Origin: an uncultured Gemmatimonadales bacterium
GTDB lineage: Bacteria > Gemmatimonadota > Gemmatimonadetes > Longimicrobiales > RSA9
DNA: 64,000 nucleotides
NCBI GenBank assembly: GCA_963798845.1
Contig: CAWCUS010000001.1
Location: 704,001 to 768,000 of the forward strand
Direction of reading: 5' to 3'
Each line of letters opens with the position of its first letter. Within the stretch, counting starts at the first letter, position 1. The position numbers and the translations under genes are program-made. This document shows positions 27,803 to 37,071 of the stretch, piece after piece. The notes below the pieces were generated by a model. The model saw nothing but the letters and a program-made list of their open reading frames with translations. It was not told the origin of the DNA and made no database searches.

Positions 27803-29711
27803 AGGCGGTCTCGGTTCCGAGGCCTACCAGGCGGAGGAACGCCGGGTCCGTGTGCAGCCCGTCGAACACCCAGTCCCGGGCCACCACGGCGGTGTCGGGA
27901 AGCTGGACCGCCAGCGCCATCCGGAGCAACCGGACTGCGCTGGCGCGGTCGTCCATCAGCAGTGCGACCTGCGCCTCGTCGTAGGCCAGCCCCGGCTGCG
28001 GCTCCGGGCCGCGTGCGCGGATAACGATCGCCCGGGCGCTGTCCGCCAGCCCGGCCCTCGCCGCCACCTTGGCCACCTGCATGATCGCCCACGCGCGGTA
28101 CGGCTGGCGCTGCGACGACGGCACCGTCGCCACCAGCGAGTCGACCAGCGCCCAGGCGCGGTCCACGTCGGGAGCCACCTGGGGGAAGGTCCCGAGCACG
28201 GTGAGGTCCAGCTGGATGAACCCGGAGTTGTCCGGGAACCGTGACCGGCCCTCGGCGACCTGCGTGATGATGGCGTCGTCAGGGCCGAACTGCAGCCCGC
28301 TGTAAGCGGCGGCGAAAAGCGCGTTCTCCTCCAGGTCGAGGAACTCGTCGGCGGCGATTGCGTGGTCGGCCGCGAGCTTCGCTTCCTCGAAGCGGCCCTG
28401 GTCCGTGAGCAGCTCGCTGAGGGCCTGCCACGCCCGGGCACTGCGGTCGTCGCGCTCCACGGCCAGCCGAAGGTCGGCCTCCGCCCTGGAACGGAGCGAG
28501 GCAAGCTCCGACCCCGAGGCACCCGTCGCCTGCGCCATCCGGACGAGCCCCCGCAGCTCCAGCGCCGCGGCGGTGTCCACAGATACGGCCAGCGCTCGCT
28601 CGGCGTGCGCCAGCGCCTGTGTGCACCAGGTCGGCGAGGGTGCCGTGGGGCTGCCCACGATGGAAGCCAGGTCGAGGGCGACGTGGCCACGCAGGAGCGC
28701 GGGCTGGTCCCAGGTGGGGTCCAGGTGCCCGGCCTTCGCCAGGAGCGTGTCGGCGCGCAGCAGCAGCGGCAGCCCGGCCTCCGCGTCCTCGCTGCGCAGG
28801 GCCCAGAAGTCCGTGTACAGGCGCTGGGCACGGCCCCAGAGCGCCCACGCCTCGTCGCTGGTGTTGCCCGCGCGCCGACGGCGGAGATCGAGCTCCCTCC
28901 CGAGGACCTTCCGGAGTGCGCGCGAGACCCCGCCCACGAGGCTGTCCTGGAGCGCGATCCAGGCGCCCACCGGCGCGTCCACGTAATCGCTGTGCAGGTG
29001 GCTCAGGTCGGAGCCGCGGATGAGCTGGAACGTGACCCGGATCTTCCCGTCCGGCCCCGGCGCAACGCTCCCTTCCACGATGCTTCCCGCCCGGAGCTCC
29101 GCCACGACCCTGTCCATGTCCACACGCTCGCCACGGAACCGCTTCACCCCGTTGCGCGAGATCACGTCCAGCGACCGGACCTGCCCGAGCTCGTGGATCA
29201 GCGCTTCGGTCAGCGCGTCGGCCAGGTACGCATATTCGCCGTTCGGCGTGTAGTCGTCGAAGTAGAGCACGGCCACGCGCGCGGGGTCGAGCGACACCGG
29301 GGCGATCACCGCCGCCGCATTCCCGGCGGAGGCCGCTTCCGACGTGCGCGGCCCCCAGACCTGCCAGCCGGTCACGCCCAGCGCCACGCTCAGCAGCACC
29401 ACGAGCAGCACGGCCAGCACGCGCCCACCGACCCCCAGCAGCTCTGAAAACCCCCGCCCCCGGTCCGCTCTAACCCCCTCGGTGGTGACCTGGAGCGCCC
29501 ACGCGAGGACCACGACGATCGGGAATCCCACGGCCGAGACCACCACCAGCAACGGGAGCAGCCATGACGGGAACTCCAGCGCCGACACCAGGATCGTGTC
29601 CACGAACTGGAGCACCGCGTACGCCCCGACCAGGTACAGGATGACCATCCTGGAAACGCGGCGGCGGCGCAGCTCGTCGAGAAATGACCGAAGACCCGAT
29701 CCAATGGGCAT
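27774..29711 (-). CDS. Membrane protein with TolB-N-like domain and TPR repeats
   Basis: ELRRRRV..GFPIVVVLAW TM segment; RVAVLYFDD..LADALTEALIHEL..VISRNGV; helical TPR-like C-terminus. Confidence 0.8.
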   Translation of the reverse strand: MPIGSGLRSFLDELRRRRVSRMVILYLVGAYAVLQFVDTILVSALEFPSWLLPLLVVVSAVGFPIVVVLAWALQVTTEGVRADRGRGFSELLGVGGRVLAVLLVVLLSVALGVTGWQVWGPRTSEAASAGNAAAVIAPVSLDPARVAVLYFDDYTPNGEYAYLADALTEALIHELGQVRSLDVISRNGVKRFRGERVDMDRVVAELRAGSIVEGSVAPGPDGKIRVTFQLIRGSDLSHLHSDYVDAPVGAWIALQDSLVGGVSRALRKVLGRELDLRRRRAGNTSDEAWALWGRAQRLYTDFWALRSEDAEAGLPLLLRADTLLAKAGHLDPTWDQPALLRGHVALDLASIVGSPTAPSPTWCTQALAHAERALAVSVDTAAALELRGLVRMAQATGASGSELASLRSRAEADLRLAVERDDRSARAWQALSELLTDQGRFEEAKLAADHAIAADEFLDLEENALFAAAYSGLQFGPDDAIITQVAEGRSRFPDNSGFIQLDLTVLGTFPQVAPDVDRAWALVDSLVATVPSSQRQPYRAWAIMQVAKVAARAGLADSARAIVIRARGPEPQPGLAYDEAQVALLMDDRASAVRLLRMALAVQLPDTAVVARDWVFDGLHTDPAFLRLVGLGTETASTTPSPPRE

Positions 29712-29797
29712 GGGGAGTCGTCTTCGGGTAGGGGGAAGCCATGGCGCCCGTATGCACTATGTCGGGGGAGGGGGTGCGGGGACAAGGGGGGTCTTGG

Positions 29798-29990
29798 CTC
29801 GGGCTTCGCCCTCGCAGAGGGGCTCGGCCCCTGCGGGGCCTCGCAGAGGGGCTCAGCCCCTGCGGGGGCTTCGCAGAGGGGCTCGGGCTTCGCCCTCGCA
29901 GAGGGGCTCGGCCCCTGCGGGGCCTCGCAGAGGGGCTCGGGCTTCGCCCTCGCAGAGGGGCTCAGCCCCTGCGGGGGCTTCGCAGAGGGG
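29798..29990 (-). repeat. Left array: 7 palindromic units (25-30 nt), reverse orientation
   Basis: Minus-strand units CCCCTCTGCGA-[GGGC GAA GCCC | GGCCCC GCA GGGGCC | AGCCCCC GCA GGGGCT]-GAG. Confidence 0.95.
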
Positions 29991-30372
29991 CGGGGCCGGG
30001 CAGGTGGGGGGGGGAGCGGGTGAAGGCGTTGATCAGGCGGCGCAGGTCCAGCTTCACGTCCTTCAGGAGGCGGAGCGCGCAGAGGAGATCCTCGTTGGCG
30101 ACGGCGCCGACCGCCGTGAGGCTGCGGAGGGCGTGCTCGCATTCCACGGCCGAGCGGTGAGCATAACGATAGAGGCGGACCTTGTCGCCGGTGCTCATCT
30201 CGCCCAGGCCCTCGCCCACGTTGGTCACGACCGACGCCGCCGAGCGTTGCAGGTGATCGTTCGCCGGCTGCCTTGCCACCGCCGCCCGCCCTCCGAGCGA
30301 CTCCGCCATTCGGAGGACCTTTCGCGCCAGCCTGGCCACCCGCGGCTCCCGCGACCGCCCGCTTCTCACCAT
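29962..30372 (-). CDS. Four helix bundle protein (TIGR02436 / 23S rRNA IVP-like family)
   Basis: DHLQRSAASVVTNVGEG..DKVRLYRYAHRSAVEC..LRRLI matches the QL.RA..S...NIAEG..F...A.GS..E pattern. Confidence 0.8.
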   Translation of the reverse strand: MVRSGRSREPRVARLARKVLRMAESLGGRAAVARQPANDHLQRSAASVVTNVGEGLGEMSTGDKVRLYRYAHRSAVECEHALRSLTAVGAVANEDLLCALRLLKDVKLDLRRLINAFTRSPPHLPGPAPLRSPRRG

Positions 30373-30417
30373 GCTCCCACTCTACCCCTCCCCCCCGGCC
30401 ACAGCCATGGCTCGATG

Positions 30418-30642
30418 CGCCTCTGCGAGGCGAAGCCCGAACCCCTCTGCGAGGCGAAGCCCGAGCCCCTCTGCGAGGGCGAAGCCCGAGCCCCTCTGCG
30501 AGGCGAAGCCCGAGCCCCTCTGCGAGGGCAAAGCCCGAGCCCCTCTGCGAGGGCAAAGCCCGAGCCCCTCTGCGAGGGCGAAGCCCGAGCCCCTCTGCGA
30601 GGGCGTAGCCCGAGCCCCTCTGCGAGGGCGAAGCCCGAGCCC
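30418..30642 (+). repeat. Right array: 9 palindromic units (24-25 nt), forward orientation
   Basis: CCCCTCTGCGA-G(G)GC-[GAA|AAA|GTA]-GCCC-GAG tandem units. Confidence 0.95.
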
Positions 30643-30774
30643 ACCCACCCCCCACCCCTTTCCCCGCCCCGCCCCCGCGCCCATCATCGAGGCGCCCCGC
30701 TCGCCATTGACCCGAGATGAACAGTTGCGCCCGCCGGCGGTCCGGGGGGGCGCCGCAGGAGCGACCGAAGGCCG

Positions 30775-32862
30775 ATGCCCGACCAGGATGAACGATACGG
30801 GGCGGTCCGCCCGCCGGAGGAGCTGAATCCTCGGCGGGAGGCGGCGCTCGACTTTCGCCAGCGAGCGCTCGGCGACATGACGCCGGCCGACTATGACGCC
30901 ATCGGCTTCCTCGCCGGGCTCGAGGTCCACCAGCAGCTTCTGACCACTTCGAAGCTCTTCTGCCGATGCCCTGCAGGCCGGCGTTTCGAGCACGCCGATG
31001 CCGAGGTGCTGCGCCACATGCGGCCCACGCTCAGCGAGCTGGGCGAGTACGACGGCACGGCGCTGATGGAGTTCAAGACGCGCAAGGAGATCGTCTACCT
31101 GCTGGAGCGGCGCACCGTCTGCACGTACGAGATGGACGACACGCCGCCGTTCCCGGTGGACGAGGAAGCGGTCCGCATCGCGGTCGAGCTGGCCATGCTC
31201 TTCGACCTGAAGCTGGTCTCGGAGCTCCACGTCATGCGCAAGCAGTATCTGGACGGCTCGATCCCCACGGGTTTCCAGCGCACGGCCATGGTCGGGCTCG
31301 GCGGCAGCGTCCCGTTCCGGGTCCCCGAGCTCGGCGTGGACCGGCCGCTCACCATCCGGCAGCTCTCGCTGGAGGAGGACTCCTGCCGCGAGGTCAGCGA
31401 CGTGGGCCACCGCATCGTGTTCCGCGCCGACCGCCTGGGCGTCCCCCTCACCGAGGTGGTCACGGAGCCCGAGCTGCGCACGCCCTGGGAGCTTCAGGCC
31501 GCAGGCCGCCTCATCGCAAGCGCCGCCCGTGCCACCGGCCACGTCCGCCGCGGCCCCGGCGCCGCCCGTCAGGACGTGAACGTCTCGGTCGCCGGCGGCA
31601 GGCGGGTGGAGATCAAGGGCGTGCCGCGCCACCGCGGGCTCCCGCTCCTCGTCCACATCGAGGCATTCCGGCAGCTCGCCCTGCTGCGCGTGCAGGCCGA
31701 GCTGGAGCGACGCGGCGTCACCACCGCCCTGCTCCCGCTGCCCGGCGACGATGCGCCGGCGTGGGAATCGTCGACGCTGGTGGCGGACGCGTCCGGCACC
31801 CTCGCCCGCACCGGCCACACCCCGCTGCGCAGTGCGCTGGACCGGGGCGAGACCGCCGTGGCCGTGCGGCTCCCGGGCTTCGCCGGACTGCTCGACCAGC
31901 CGACGCAGACGGGCATCCCCTTCGGTCGTGAGCTGGCGGAGCGGGTGCAGGTCATCGCGTGCCCGGTCCACCGTCCGTTCATGGCTTGGAACGGCAGTGC
32001 CGTCCGGGGTGGACTGGAGCGGGCGACGACGCTGTCGCACGCCCATTGGAGGGAGGTGGAGCGCGCGCTCGGCGCGGACACCGGTGACGCCATCGTCGTG
32101 GTCTGGGCGCCGGAGGCCGACGCGGACACCGCGGCGAGAGAGATCCTGATCCGCGCGCGCGAGGCGCTGGCGGGCGTCCCCGCCGAGACGCGCCAGGCCC
32201 GCGCCGACGGCACCACCGGCTTCGAGCGGATCCTCCCCGGCCCCGACCGAATGTACCCTGACACGGACACGCCGCCGCTCCCGATCTCCGACGTGCTGGT
32301 GGCTGAGGTCGTCGCCGAACTGCCCGAGACGCCGTGGGCACGCGCGGACCGCTACGTCGGCCTGGGGCTCGACCCCGGTGCGGCGCAGCGCCTCTCCGTG
32401 GCACCCTGGGCCGACCTGTTCGACGACGTCCGGCCCGCAGCCGGCGACACGGCCCGGACCGTGGCCCGGGCGCTCCAGCACCGCCTCCCTTTCCACTCCC
32501 GAAGACACGCCGCGCCGCCCCCGTCCGCCGACCGCCTCGCCACCGTGGTCCGAGCGCTCGAGTCCGGGGTGCTGCTCCCCGGCGCCATTGAGCCGGCGCT
32601 GGACGCGCTCGTGCTGGAGCCGGAGACGAGGGCCGGAGCGGTCGTCGCCCGCTTCCGCGCGTCGCCCGATGCGAGGAAGGCCGTGGCGTCGCGGATCGAG
32701 GAAGCGGCCGCTCGGGCGCGCAACGAGGGCCCGCCCGATCCCGAGGCGGCGCTGCGCCGCGCCATGGGCGAGGTCATGCGCGGAGTCCGGGGGCGGGTGG
32801 ACGCCGCGGACGTGCGCCGACGCGTCGTCGCCGCGCTCGGATTCGAAGTGGAGGCGGCGTGA
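30775..32862 (+). CDS. gatE: Glu-tRNA(Gln) amidotransferase subunit E (archaeal type)
   Basis: GLEVHQQL..KLFCRC, LRPTLSELGEYD-like, MRKQYLDGSIPTGFQRT, LEEDSCR, RLGVPLTE, RQDVNVSV..RVEIKGV, GVPAETR, LPGPDRMYPDTD. Confidence 0.9.
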   Translation: MPDQDERYGAVRPPEELNPRREAALDFRQRALGDMTPADYDAIGFLAGLEVHQQLLTTSKLFCRCPAGRRFEHADAEVLRHMRPTLSELGEYDGTALMEFKTRKEIVYLLERRTVCTYEMDDTPPFPVDEEAVRIAVELAMLFDLKLVSELHVMRKQYLDGSIPTGFQRTAMVGLGGSVPFRVPELGVDRPLTIRQLSLEEDSCREVSDVGHRIVFRADRLGVPLTEVVTEPELRTPWELQAAGRLIASAARATGHVRRGPGAARQDVNVSVAGGRRVEIKGVPRHRGLPLLVHIEAFRQLALLRVQAELERRGVTTALLPLPGDDAPAWESSTLVADASGTLARTGHTPLRSALDRGETAVAVRLPGFAGLLDQPTQTGIPFGRELAERVQVIACPVHRPFMAWNGSAVRGGLERATTLSHAHWREVERALGADTGDAIVVVWAPEADADTAAREILIRAREALAGVPAETRQARADGTTGFERILPGPDRMYPDTDTPPLPISDVLVAEVVAELPETPWARADRYVGLGLDPGAAQRLSVAPWADLFDDVRPAAGDTARTVARALQHRLPFHSRRHAAPPPSADRLATVVRALESGVLLPGAIEPALDALVLEPETRAGAVVARFRASPDARKAVASRIEEAAARARNEGPPDPEAALRRAMGEVMRGVRGRVDAADVRRRVVAALGFEVEAA

Positions 32863-34250
32863 TGAGCGCGACGGAGACCGGCGGCTATCGCGGACCGGCC
32901 TGGGCGGCCATGCAGCGCTTCGGCATCACCGTGTGGTGCGAAGTGCGGGCGCGCACCACGCGCGGCGAGTTCATCGGACTGGTGCTGCCGCGCTCCGAGA
33001 CCAGCGACGACCTCCACCTCGTCCTGAAGCTCGGCTCCGGCTACAACGTCGGCCTCCGCCACGACACGATCCTCGAGCTGGAGAAGCTCGGGTATCGCGA
33101 GGCCCACTACAGGATCCCCGAGAAAGCCTTCCCCGTCACGCCCGACCTCCCGCGCGTCAAGCTGCTCGGCACGGGCGGCACCATCGCATCCCGGCTCGAC
33201 TACCGCACGGGCGCCGTCATACCCGCGTTCACCCCCGGCGAGCTGTACGGCTCGGTCCCGGAGCTGGCCGACGTGTGCAATCTGGAGACGGAGAAGCTGT
33301 TCGGCGTCTTCAGCGAGAACATGGGGCCCGAGCAGTACATGGTGCTGGCCGAGAAGATCGGCGAGGCCATCCGCGACGGCTACGACGGCGTGATCGTGGG
33401 TCATGGCACGGATACCATGCACCACACGGCCGCGGTCCTCAGCTTCATGGTCCAGGACCCGCCCGTCCCGGTGATCCTCGTGGGCAGCCAGCGCTCCTCC
33501 GACCGCCCGTCCTCCGACGCGGCCCGCAACCTCATCAACGCCGCATGGGCCGCCGGCCACGGGCCCATCGCCGAGGTCATGGTGTGCATGTTCGGCCCCA
33601 CCTCCGACGTGTACAACCTGCTCCACCGCGGCACGCGCGTGCGGAAGATGCACAGCTCCGTGCGAAGCACGTTCCGCACCCTGGGCGACATCCCGCTCGC
33701 CATGGTGGAGCGCGGCGCGCTCACCCCGCTCAAGGACGACTGGAAGCCCCGCCGCGACGATCGCGACGTCACCATCCGGCCCGCGTTCGACCCCCGGGTC
33801 ACCCTCGTCTACTACTATCCGGGGATGCAGCCGGACGTGATCGACGCGCTGGTGGGGTGCGGCTACCGCGGCATCGTGCTGGCCGGCACCGGCCTCGGCC
33901 ACGTCAACCGTCTCATCTATCCGGCGCTGGAGCGGGCGAGGGACGCGGGCGTGCAGGTCTACATGACGCTCCAGACGTTCTGGGGCTTCGTTCAGATGCA
34001 CGTCTACGAGACCGGCCGCGAGATCCTGGAGCTGGGCGTGGTGCCGCTCGCCAACATGCTGCCCGAAGTGGCCTACGTGAAGCTCGGCTGGGCGCTGGGC
34101 CTCCATCCCGATGACCCCGCCGCCGCGCGGGCCCTCATGACCGCCACGCTCGCCGGCGAGATGACCGAGCGCGAGCCGCACGACGGCTACCTCATCCTCC
34201 AGGGTGGCGTCCCGGAGGTTCAGGCGGCGCTCTCCGGCTTGTGGAGATGA
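32862..34250 (+). CDS. gatD: Glu-tRNA(Gln) amidotransferase subunit D (archaeal type, asparaginase-like)
   Basis: N-terminal VLKLGSGYNVGL domain; TGGTIASRLDYRTGAV, HGTDTM, GSQRSSDRPSSD, RGTRVRKMHSS, GTGLGHV, MLPEVAYVKL; TGATG overlap with gatE. Confidence 0.92.
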   Translation: MSATETGGYRGPAWAAMQRFGITVWCEVRARTTRGEFIGLVLPRSETSDDLHLVLKLGSGYNVGLRHDTILELEKLGYREAHYRIPEKAFPVTPDLPRVKLLGTGGTIASRLDYRTGAVIPAFTPGELYGSVPELADVCNLETEKLFGVFSENMGPEQYMVLAEKIGEAIRDGYDGVIVGHGTDTMHHTAAVLSFMVQDPPVPVILVGSQRSSDRPSSDAARNLINAAWAAGHGPIAEVMVCMFGPTSDVYNLLHRGTRVRKMHSSVRSTFRTLGDIPLAMVERGALTPLKDDWKPRRDDRDVTIRPAFDPRVTLVYYYPGMQPDVIDALVGCGYRGIVLAGTGLGHVNRLIYPALERARDAGVQVYMTLQTFWGFVQMHVYETGREILELGVVPLANMLPEVAYVKLGWALGLHPDDPAAARALMTATLAGEMTEREPHDGYLILQGGVPEVQAALSGLWR

Positions 34251-34392
34251 GCGGAAGGGCGCGAAGAACCTGATGAGGGTGTCGGAATGGCGGTTCACTC
34301 GCTCCCTCCGGGGGCGCCACCGAGGTGGTCCGGCGCACCGTTCCCGGCTAAGTTCCTGGCCGTTCAAGGCCCCGGCAACGAAGAACGGACCG

Positions 34393-36969
34393 ATGACGAA
34401 TACATGGCACCCGCGGGCCGGCCGCGCTGGCCTGGCCTCGCTTCTCGTTCTGGCCGCGTGCGCGGCGCCCGTCACCCCGTCCCCGGAGCCGGCGACGCCC
34501 GGCGCGGCAGGGGCGGATGAGGCGGCATGGGACACCGTGTCCCGGACGCTCCCCACCGGTGTGACGCTGGATCCGGCGGGTGACGCGGTCCCCGTGGGCA
34601 GCTTTCCGCTGGCCTTCACGCTCGCGCCAGACCCACGGTACGCGGTGACGATCCTGAGCGGGTGGCGTGAGCAGGGCCTGGAGGTGGTGGACCGGGAGGC
34701 CGGGCGCGTGGTGCAGAGAGTGGCGCAGCCCGCGGCCTTCCTGGGCCTCGCCTTCTCTCCCGACGGCCGCACGCTGTTCGCGTCGGGCGGAAACCAGGAC
34801 GTGATCTACCGCTACGACTGGGGCGCCGACCTGCTGACCTTCCGCGACAGCATCGTCCTCGCCGCGCCGAACCGGTCCGTCGGCCACCTCCCCGGCGAGC
34901 CCATGACGCCGGGCCGGCCGCAGCAGGTCGGGCTTCACTTCCCCGCCGGCATCGCCCTCTCCCCCGACGGGGATCGGCTCTATGTCGCGGAGAACCTGGG
35001 GGACCTGCTCGCGGTGGTGGACGTGGGTAGCGGCCGCGTGGTCCAGCGCTTCCCGGCCGGGCGCTACCCGTACGGCGTGGTGGTCGCGCCGGACGGGACG
35101 GTGTACGTCTCGGCGTGGTCGCAGTCCACGGTGGCTGTGTTCGTGCCGACGGAGGACGGGCTCGAGCCCGATGGCGCCATCATCGTGGGACGCCACCCGT
35201 CGGCCATGGTGCTGAGCGAGGATGGGAGCCGCCTCTTCGTGGCGTCGGCCAGCACCGACCGCGTGGCCGTGGTGGACACGCGCGAGCGCCGGCTGATCAC
35301 GGAGCTGCTCGACCCGGCGCCGCACGGGCCCGGCGAGGGGAGCACGCCGAACGCGCTGGCCCTGTCGAAGGACGGTCGGCGGCTCTTCGTCGCCGAAGCG
35401 GACAACAACGCCGTGGCCGTCTTCGACCTCTCCTCCCGCACCGCCGGGCTGCGCTCAGGGCTGGGGCGCGACCTTCTTGCGGGGCGGATCCCTGCCGACT
35501 GGTACCCAACGGACGTCGAGATCCGCGGCGACACCCTCCTCACGCTGTCGGCCAAGGGGCTCGGCACGCGGCCCAACCCCGAGCTGCCGCAGCCCGGGCA
35601 GGCGCGCCGGCTCAGGCAGGTGGAGGAGAACTACACGCTGGGGCAGCTGGACGGCACGCTCCGCACTGTCCCGGGCGGCGCTGCGCTGCGCGGCGGCGAC
35701 CTGCGCCGCATGACCGCTCGCGTCGTGGCGGCGAACCACTGGGACCTCCCGCGCCGGGGCGCCTCCGCGGCCTACCCGCCGTTCGAGCACGTGATCTACG
35801 TGATCAAGGAGAACCGGACGTACGACCAGGTGTTCGGTGACATGCCGGAGGGCGACGGCGACTCTTCGCTGGTCTTCTTCCCGCGCGAGGTCTCGCCGAA
35901 TCACCACGCCCTGGCCGACCGCTTCGGTCTGTTCGACCGCTTCTTCGTGAACGCGGAGGTGAGCGCGGACGGGCACAACTGGTCCACCGCCGCCTACGCG
36001 AGCGACTACGTGGAGAAGACGGTCCCGTCCAACTACGCCGGGCTCCGCCCCTCGTACGACTACGAGGGCACGAACCGCGGCTTCGCCAACATCCCGCCGG
36101 AAGGCGAGGACGTCGCCGAGCCATCGCAGGGCTACATCTGGGACCTGGCCAACCGCGCGGGCATCACCTTCCGCAACTACGGCGAGTTCGTCATCCCGGA
36201 GGACGTGGATCTGGACGACCCAATGCCGGAGGGGTACCGCGGCGTGAAGCCGTTCCTCGCCGTGCACACCAACCCGGACTACGCCGGCTTCGACATGAAC
36301 ATCCCGGACCAGGACCGCGCCGACGTCTTCCTGCGCGACCTCCAGGAGTTCGAGCGCACGGGGGAGATGCCGCAGCTCATGATCCTGCGGCTCCCCAACG
36401 ACCACACGGCGGGTGGCCGGGCGGGCGCGCCCACGCCGGAGGCGTACATGGCGGACAACGACCTGGCTCTCGGCCGCATCGTCGAGGCCGTGTCCCGCTC
36501 TCGGTTCTGGAAGAGCACCGTCTTCTTCATCCTGGAGGACGACGCCCAGAACGGCCCGGACCACGTGGACTCCCACCGCTCGCCGCTGCTGGTGGTGTCC
36601 GCGTACGGGCGCCCGGGCGTGAGCCACCGGTTCGCCAACACGACGGACGTCATCGCCACCATGTCGGACATCCTGGGCATGGGGAGTCTCTCCCAGTTCG
36701 ACCACTACGGCCGCCCGTTGCGCGGCATCTTCGCGGACCGACCGGACCTGGAGCCGTACACCGCGCTGGTCCCCGCCGTCGACCTGGACGAGCGCAACGC
36801 CATCGACAACCCGGGCGCCGACGCCTCCCGCCACATCGACCTCCGATTCGAGGACAGCGTCGACGACATCCTCTTCAACCGGATCCTGTGGGCCATGATC
36901 AAGGGGCCGGACGTGCCCTACCCCGGGACCACGCGCATGCCCGTCCTCGAATGGCAGAGGTCGCGCTGA
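34393..36969 (+). CDS. YncE-like beta-propeller / phosphoesterase (alkaline phosphatase-like) lipoprotein
   Basis: Lipobox LAAC; repeated SPDG propeller blades; HVIYVIKENRTYDQVFGD, SADGHNW, LPNDHT, EDDAQNGPDHVDSHRS. Confidence 0.88.
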   Translation: MTNTWHPRAGRAGLASLLVLAACAAPVTPSPEPATPGAAGADEAAWDTVSRTLPTGVTLDPAGDAVPVGSFPLAFTLAPDPRYAVTILSGWREQGLEVVDREAGRVVQRVAQPAAFLGLAFSPDGRTLFASGGNQDVIYRYDWGADLLTFRDSIVLAAPNRSVGHLPGEPMTPGRPQQVGLHFPAGIALSPDGDRLYVAENLGDLLAVVDVGSGRVVQRFPAGRYPYGVVVAPDGTVYVSAWSQSTVAVFVPTEDGLEPDGAIIVGRHPSAMVLSEDGSRLFVASASTDRVAVVDTRERRLITELLDPAPHGPGEGSTPNALALSKDGRRLFVAEADNNAVAVFDLSSRTAGLRSGLGRDLLAGRIPADWYPTDVEIRGDTLLTLSAKGLGTRPNPELPQPGQARRLRQVEENYTLGQLDGTLRTVPGGAALRGGDLRRMTARVVAANHWDLPRRGASAAYPPFEHVIYVIKENRTYDQVFGDMPEGDGDSSLVFFPREVSPNHHALADRFGLFDRFFVNAEVSADGHNWSTAAYASDYVEKTVPSNYAGLRPSYDYEGTNRGFANIPPEGEDVAEPSQGYIWDLANRAGITFRNYGEFVIPEDVDLDDPMPEGYRGVKPFLAVHTNPDYAGFDMNIPDQDRADVFLRDLQEFERTGEMPQLMILRLPNDHTAGGRAGAPTPEAYMADNDLALGRIVEAVSRSRFWKSTVFFILEDDAQNGPDHVDSHRSPLLVVSAYGRPGVSHRFANTTDVIATMSDILGMGSLSQFDHYGRPLRGIFADRPDLEPYTALVPAVDLDERNAIDNPGADASRHIDLRFEDSVDDILFNRILWAMIKGPDVPYPGTTRMPVLEWQRSR

Positions 36970-37071
36970 TTTCGTGATTCCGCCCGCCGGCCATGTCACC
37001 GGCGGCCCCGGCTGCCACGACCCCCGCCACCCTCGTCCAGCACGCCCGTCAGGCGTTGCGTTAGGCAGCGC

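Noticed and set aside
29962..30372. Diversity-generating retroelement (Avd-like protein)
   Set aside because: No reverse transcriptase and no TR/VR pair differing at adenines was seen in the window.
29798..30642. CRISPR array interpretation of the GAGCCCCTCTGCGA repeats (also 15877-16060)
   Set aside because: Period is only 24-30 nt, the variable parts are short recurring palindromes rather than unique spacers, and no cas genes are in the window.
29390..30826. ORFs with SPSARAKPEPLCE / RPRRGARA repeats (also 15680-16773)
   Set aside because: They are translations of the DNA hairpin arrays in shifting frames; unit lengths are mostly not multiples of three.
32862..34250. Plain L-asparaginase with a GatB neighbour
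   Set aside because: The N-terminal GatD domain, the SRLDYRTGAV and QRSSDRPSSD motifs and coupling to a GatE-type gene fit GatDE better.
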